Of a DNA stretch of 29,431 bases, positions 26,032-29,431 are shown piece after piece (the stretch's first letter is position 1; the number at the start of each line of letters is the position of its first letter). The position numbers were made by a program, and so were the translations under genes. This DNA is from Pirellulales bacterium (GTDB lineage Bacteria > Planctomycetota > Planctomycetia > Pirellulales > UBA1268): assembly GCA_044358475.1 (NCBI GenBank), contig JBIKNV010000001.1, forward strand, positions 1-29,431, read 5' to 3'. The notes beneath the pieces are model-generated. The model had not been told where the DNA came from. It made no database searches and saw only the letters and a list, made by a program, of their open reading frames with translations.

Positions 26032-27141
26032 ATGACTCCCCCCCCCGCTTCCACGCCCCATCGCCACCGCGTGCTCCTCGTCGATGATCAGGCCATGATC
26101 GGCGCTGCCGTGAAGCGGCTCGTGGCCGGGGCCGATGACATCGACTTCGAGTTCCACCGCACGGGCGCCGCCGCGTTGGCTGCCGCCGAGACGTTTCGGC
26201 CCACGATCATTCTCCAGGACCTCGTCATGCCGGATGTCGAGGGCCTCCATATGGTGGGCAAGTTTCGCGACCTGCCCGTCACGGCGCAGGTGCCCGTGAT
26301 CGTGCTCTCCGCTCAGGAGGAGCCGATCATCAAGGCGCAGCTGCTCGGCGCCGGCGCCAGTGACTATCTCGTGAAACTCCCCGACGAGGTGGAGCTCGTC
26401 GCCCGGATCCGCGTTCACTCGGAGGGCTACCACCGACTGGTGGAACGCAATGCCGCCTTCGCGGCCCTCGAAAAGAGCCTCGCCGAACTCCAGGAGGAGC
26501 GGGAGAAGTCGGAGCGGCTTCTGCTCAACATCCTACCGGCGAAGATTGCCGCTCGGCTCAAGGAAAGAGAGCAGACGATCGCCGAGAGTTTTGCCGAGGC
26601 GAGCGTGCTCTTCGCCGACCTGAGCGGCTTCACGTCCTACTCCCAGCATGTCGATGCCCAGCAGCTCGTCGAACTGCTCGATGCAATCTTTTCGGCATTC
26701 GACGGCGTGGCACGTGCGGCGGGAATCGAGAAGATCAAGACGATCGGTGATGCCTACATGGCTGTCGCCGGGCTGCCGGTGCCGCGGGCCGACCATGCCG
26801 AGGCGATGGCCGACGTGGCGATCGGCATGCAGGCAGCCTTCACGGAGGCGATTCGGGGCCGGGGCGTGCCGCTGGAACTTCGCATCGGTATCCATTCGGG
26901 GCCGGTCGTGGCCGGTGTCATCGGCCGGCACAAGTTTATCTACGACCTGTGGGGTGACACGGTGAATATCGCGAGCCGCATGGAGTCGCACGGTGAGGGA
27001 GGCCGCATCCACGTCTCTGCGGCCACCCGCGATCTGCTCGGCGATCGGTTTCAGTTCGAAAGCCGCGGAGCAGTTACGATCAAGGGCAAGGGCGTCATGG
27101 AGACGTATTTCCTGCTCGGCCGCGGGGAGCGTGCGCTGTGA
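26032..27141 (+). CDS. Response-regulator adenylate cyclase (receiver plus class III cyclase), 369 aa
   Basis: REC: VLLVDDQAMIG, ILQDLVMP, VIVLS, DYLVKLP. Linker SERLLLNILP. Cyclase: VLFADLSGFT, EKIKTIGDAYM, IGIHSGPVVAGVIG, YDLWGDTVNIASRMES (ATP-specifying Lys/Asp, transition-state Asn/Arg). Confidence 0.93.
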   Translation: MTPPPASTPHRHRVLLVDDQAMIGAAVKRLVAGADDIDFEFHRTGAAALAAAETFRPTIILQDLVMPDVEGLHMVGKFRDLPVTAQVPVIVLSAQEEPIIKAQLLGAGASDYLVKLPDEVELVARIRVHSEGYHRLVERNAAFAALEKSLAELQEEREKSERLLLNILPAKIAARLKEREQTIAESFAEASVLFADLSGFTSYSQHVDAQQLVELLDAIFSAFDGVARAAGIEKIKTIGDAYMAVAGLPVPRADHAEAMADVAIGMQAAFTEAIRGRGVPLELRIGIHSGPVVAGVIGRHKFIYDLWGDTVNIASRMESHGEGGRIHVSAATRDLLGDRFQFESRGAVTIKGKGVMETYFLLGRGERAL

Positions 27142-28183
27142 GGGCAGTGACGATGGCCGCGGGAATCGCCTCGAGCGCCGCGACCTGATCGACCACGCCC
27201 AACTCGACGGCCGCACGCGGCATCCCATAAACAACGCTCGTCGCCTCGTCCTGCGCGATCGTGGTGCCTCCTGCGGCCCGGATCGCCTGCATGCCGAGGG
27301 CCCCGTCACTGCCCATGCCGGTCAACAGCACGGCCACAGCGTGGCGGCCCGCAGCCTCCGCCGCCGAGCGGAACAGCACGTCGACGGCCGGGCGGCAGTG
27401 GTGGATGGGGGGCGTCTGGAGCAGACGCGTGACGTAGCCGCTGGACCGGAAGTCGACCGCGAGATGGAAGTCTCCCGGAGCGATGACACACTCGCCCGGC
27501 CGCAAGGGCTCGTTGTCAGCAGCCTCGCGAACGCGGATCCCGCTCATGGCCGCGAGCCGTTCGGCCACCGCCCTGGAGAAGAAGGCCGAGATGTGTTGGA
27601 CGATCGCGACCGGTGGGAGGCCGGCGGGAAACCGGGGCACGATCTGCCGTAACGCCTCGACGCCACCCGTCGAGGCACCGATCACGATGATCTGCCGCGG
27701 GTCGGCGGTGCCCGCCTGTTTGATGATGAGGGGCGGCGCAGCCGGCGAGGCTGCGGGCTTACGGAGCCGCGGGGCGGCGGCGGCAGCCGCCTTGACGTGA
27801 AAAGCGAGCTTGTCGGCCAACGTGCCTATCGACATGGTGCCGTCGGGCTTGGCGAGCACGTCGACCGCCCCGGCTTCGATGGCGTCGACCGCGGCCTGCG
27901 AGCCCTGTTGTGTCAGCGAACTCACGACGACGACCGGCAGTGGGTGGTGCTCCATCAGAATCCGCAGGAATGTGAGCCCATCCATCCGCGGCATCTCGAG
28001 ATCGAGCGTGAGCACATCGGGGTCGAGCTGAGCGATCTTCTCCCGGGCTACATACGGATCGCAGGCTGTGCCCACCACCTCCAAGGCCGGATCGCGGGCG
28101 AGCGCCTCGCTGATCGCCTGACGGACGAGTGCCGAATCGTCGACGATCAGCACACGGATTGTTGCGGTCGGTGTGTTGCTCAT
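27095..28183 (-). CDS. cheB: Chemotaxis response regulator protein-glutamate methylesterase, 362 aa
   Basis: REC VLIVDDS...VLTLDLEMPRMDG; esterase IGASTGG, IVQHI, HHCRPAVDVLF, LLTGMGSDG, QDEATSVVYGMP. Confidence 0.96.
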   Translation of the reverse strand: MSNTPTATIRVLIVDDSALVRQAISEALARDPALEVVGTACDPYVAREKIAQLDPDVLTLDLEMPRMDGLTFLRILMEHHPLPVVVVSSLTQQGSQAAVDAIEAGAVDVLAKPDGTMSIGTLADKLAFHVKAAAAAAPRLRKPAASPAAPPLIIKQAGTADPRQIIVIGASTGGVEALRQIVPRFPAGLPPVAIVQHISAFFSRAVAERLAAMSGIRVREAADNEPLRPGECVIAPGDFHLAVDFRSSGYVTRLLQTPPIHHCRPAVDVLFRSAAEAAGRHAVAVLLTGMGSDGALGMQAIRAAGGTTIAQDEATSVVYGMPRAAVELGVVDQVAALEAIPAAIVTALTAHAPRGRAGNTSP

Positions 28184-28205
28184 GATTCCAGGTCGTTCGC
28201 GTCTT

Positions 28206-29045
28206 TCACTGTGGCCGCTCGTACACGGATGGCCCCATCTGTCGGAACCTGTGTCGCAGGTCAAGCAGGCTCTCGGAGTGGCCCACGAAGAGAAAGCCCC
28301 CCGGGGCGAGCTGATCGAAGAGTCGGTCCACCAGTGCCTGCCGCGATTCGGCATCGAAGTAGATCATGACATTCCGGCAAAAGATCACGTCCTGTCCACG
28401 CGGCAGGGGGTAGCGGGGCTGAAACAGATTGATCGGCATGACGCTGACATGCCGCCGTAGTTCCGGCTTGACGCGGTACATCCCCTCCCGCTCGCCGAAG
28501 CCCCGCAGGAAGTGGCGGCCAAGAAGCTGCGGGTCGGGCAGGTTGACCTTGGCGGCCTCGTAGATTCCCAGCCGGCAGCGGTCGAGCATCCGTCGCGAGA
28601 TGTCGGATGCCTGGACAATCCAGCCGTTTGGCAAGAGCGTGATCGGCTGCTCGGCCAGCACGATCGCGATCGAATAGGCTTCTTCACCGGAGGCAGCCGC
28701 TGCGGACCAGACCCGTAGGCCACGGCCACTGGCGGTGGCCCGCGGGGCCACCTGTGGCAGTACGTCGCGGGCCAGAATCTCGAAGTGGGCCGGCTCGCGG
28801 AAGAAGTGGGTGTGATTGGTGGAGATGAGGTCGATCAGCCGCTCGGCTTCTTCGTCGTGGGAAGCATCGAGCAGCCGGCAGTAGTCGTCGAAACTCGTGC
28901 AGCCGAGTTGGCGAAGCCGATTGGCGAGCCGACCGGCGACGAACGCCTGCCGATCCGGGCCCAGCCGGATTCGGCTGCGTCGGTAGACCACGTCGGAGAG
29001 GAACGCATAGGCCTGCGGGGAAAGGTCGGTCATGACGATATCCAT
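28206..29045 (-). CDS. cheR: Chemotaxis protein-glutamate O-methyltransferase
   Basis: ISTNHTHFFREPAHF, VWSAAAASGEEAYS, ASDIS, DVIFCRNVMIYFD, GGFLFVGHSES; 279 aa with no TPR extension. Confidence 0.95.
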   Translation of the reverse strand: MDIVMTDLSPQAYAFLSDVVYRRSRIRLGPDRQAFVAGRLANRLRQLGCTSFDDYCRLLDASHDEEAERLIDLISTNHTHFFREPAHFEILARDVLPQVAPRATASGRGLRVWSAAAASGEEAYSIAIVLAEQPITLLPNGWIVQASDISRRMLDRCRLGIYEAAKVNLPDPQLLGRHFLRGFGEREGMYRVKPELRRHVSVMPINLFQPRYPLPRGQDVIFCRNVMIYFDAESRQALVDRLFDQLAPGGFLFVGHSESLLDLRHRFRQMGPSVYERPQ

Positions 29046-29093
29046 GCTACCTCGCGGCGAACGCGGTGGGCTGCGGCGGCGCCGGCTGGCGAT

Positions 29094-29151
29094 TCATCCC
29101 GCCGGCTTGCGCCTGGCGGCTGAGTGTGGGGACGGCTTGCGCCCTGCGGCT
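29094..29151 (-). repeat. Tandem REP-like repeats (copies 4 and 5) between the MCP gene and cheR
   Basis: 29121-29094 reads AGCCGCCAGGCGCAAGCCGGCGGGATGA, 27/28 identical to 20313-20340; 29151-29128 reads AGCCGCAGGGCGCAAGCCGTCCCC. Confidence 0.8.
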
Positions 29152-29189
29152 CGCTGTGGGCCAGCGGTGCGATCGACGACGTTCAGTCG

Positions 29190-29431
29190 TCACGTGAAAT
29201 CCGTGAAGTGCTTGTCTTCCGCGTCGGGGGCGAGCGCCATGGACCGGCTGTCGCCGGGCATCGGAATCCGCGGCGCCGGCGACAGGCGACGCGGCTGCGG
29301 TGAAGCGGGGCGGGGGATCGCGGGCCGTGCACATGGGGCCCGCGTGCCTGTGTGGCGGCGGGCCCGCGTGATGAGCGACCGCAGGGTCTCGACGACATCC
29401 TCCACCGCCTCGGACTGATTCGACAGGTCGG
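29190..29431 (-). CDS. 3' end of a probable methyl-accepting chemotaxis protein (runs off the window)
   Basis: Frame open to the window edge: DLSNQSEAVEDVVETLRSLIT, Pro/Arg-rich linker, ending DAEDKHFTDFT*; lies directly upstream of cheR-cheB. Confidence 0.7.
   Translation of the reverse strand, partial: DLSNQSEAVEDVVETLRSLITRARRHTGTRAPCARPAIPRPASPQPRRLSPAPRIPMPGDSRSMALAPDAEDKHFTDFT

Noticed and set aside
28690-28715. CheR motif WSAAAASGEE lacking the usual Cys as evidence of inactivity
   Set aside because: The other SAM-binding and catalytic motifs (FFRE, ASDIS, FCRNVMIYF, GHSES) are intact; a single change is insufficient.
155-29418. Many long alternative-frame and antisense ORFs in the track (e.g. 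2787-3920+, 4621-5955-, 9351-11003-, 15587-17131-, 22665-23996+)
   Set aside because: They shadow well-supported genes, are Arg/Pro/Ala-rich without motifs, and are expected from stop-codon scarcity at high GC.
1-29431. tRNA, rRNA, tmRNA, RNase P or SRP genes, and transposases or integrases
   Set aside because: Intergenic gaps are short and none shows a T-loop GTTCRA with cloverleaf or other signatures; no DDE, HUH or tyrosine recombinase motifs in any ORF.

Overview
High-GC, gene-dense bacterial chromosome segment, most consistent with a Planctomycetota genome (DUF1559 pilin-like gene with H-X9-DG motif, TIGR03790-like and DUF1080 proteins). It is mostly housekeeping and envelope genes (epmA, usp, metG, histidine phosphatase, M28 peptidase, lnt, mtfA-like, lipB-like/lipA), several large uncharacterised proteins, and a signalling block at the right end (HEAT/pseudo-receiver protein, N-terminally 'headless' sigma54 activator, receiver-adenylate cyclase, cheB, cheR, 3' end of an MCP). 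I found no rRNA, tRNA, CRISPR array or transposase. The best leads are: (1) a WspR-like receiver and stalk fused to an adenylate cyclase instead of a GGDEF domain, next to a che cluster, with a C9 tract just after its start codon; (2) a 190-bp structured element between metG and usp with a perfect 19-bp terminal inverted repeat and a third internal copy allowing alternative pairing; (3) a LipB-like protein lacking its catalytic Lys/Cys and a lipoyl-like domain with no Lys, in a window with an intact lipA; (4) a five-copy intergenic REP-like GNRA hairpin family; (5) an apparent frameshift plus a 49-aa membrane ORF absent from the ORF track; (6) a recurring leaderless promoter layout. All family assignments come from manual motif recognition; no searches were run.
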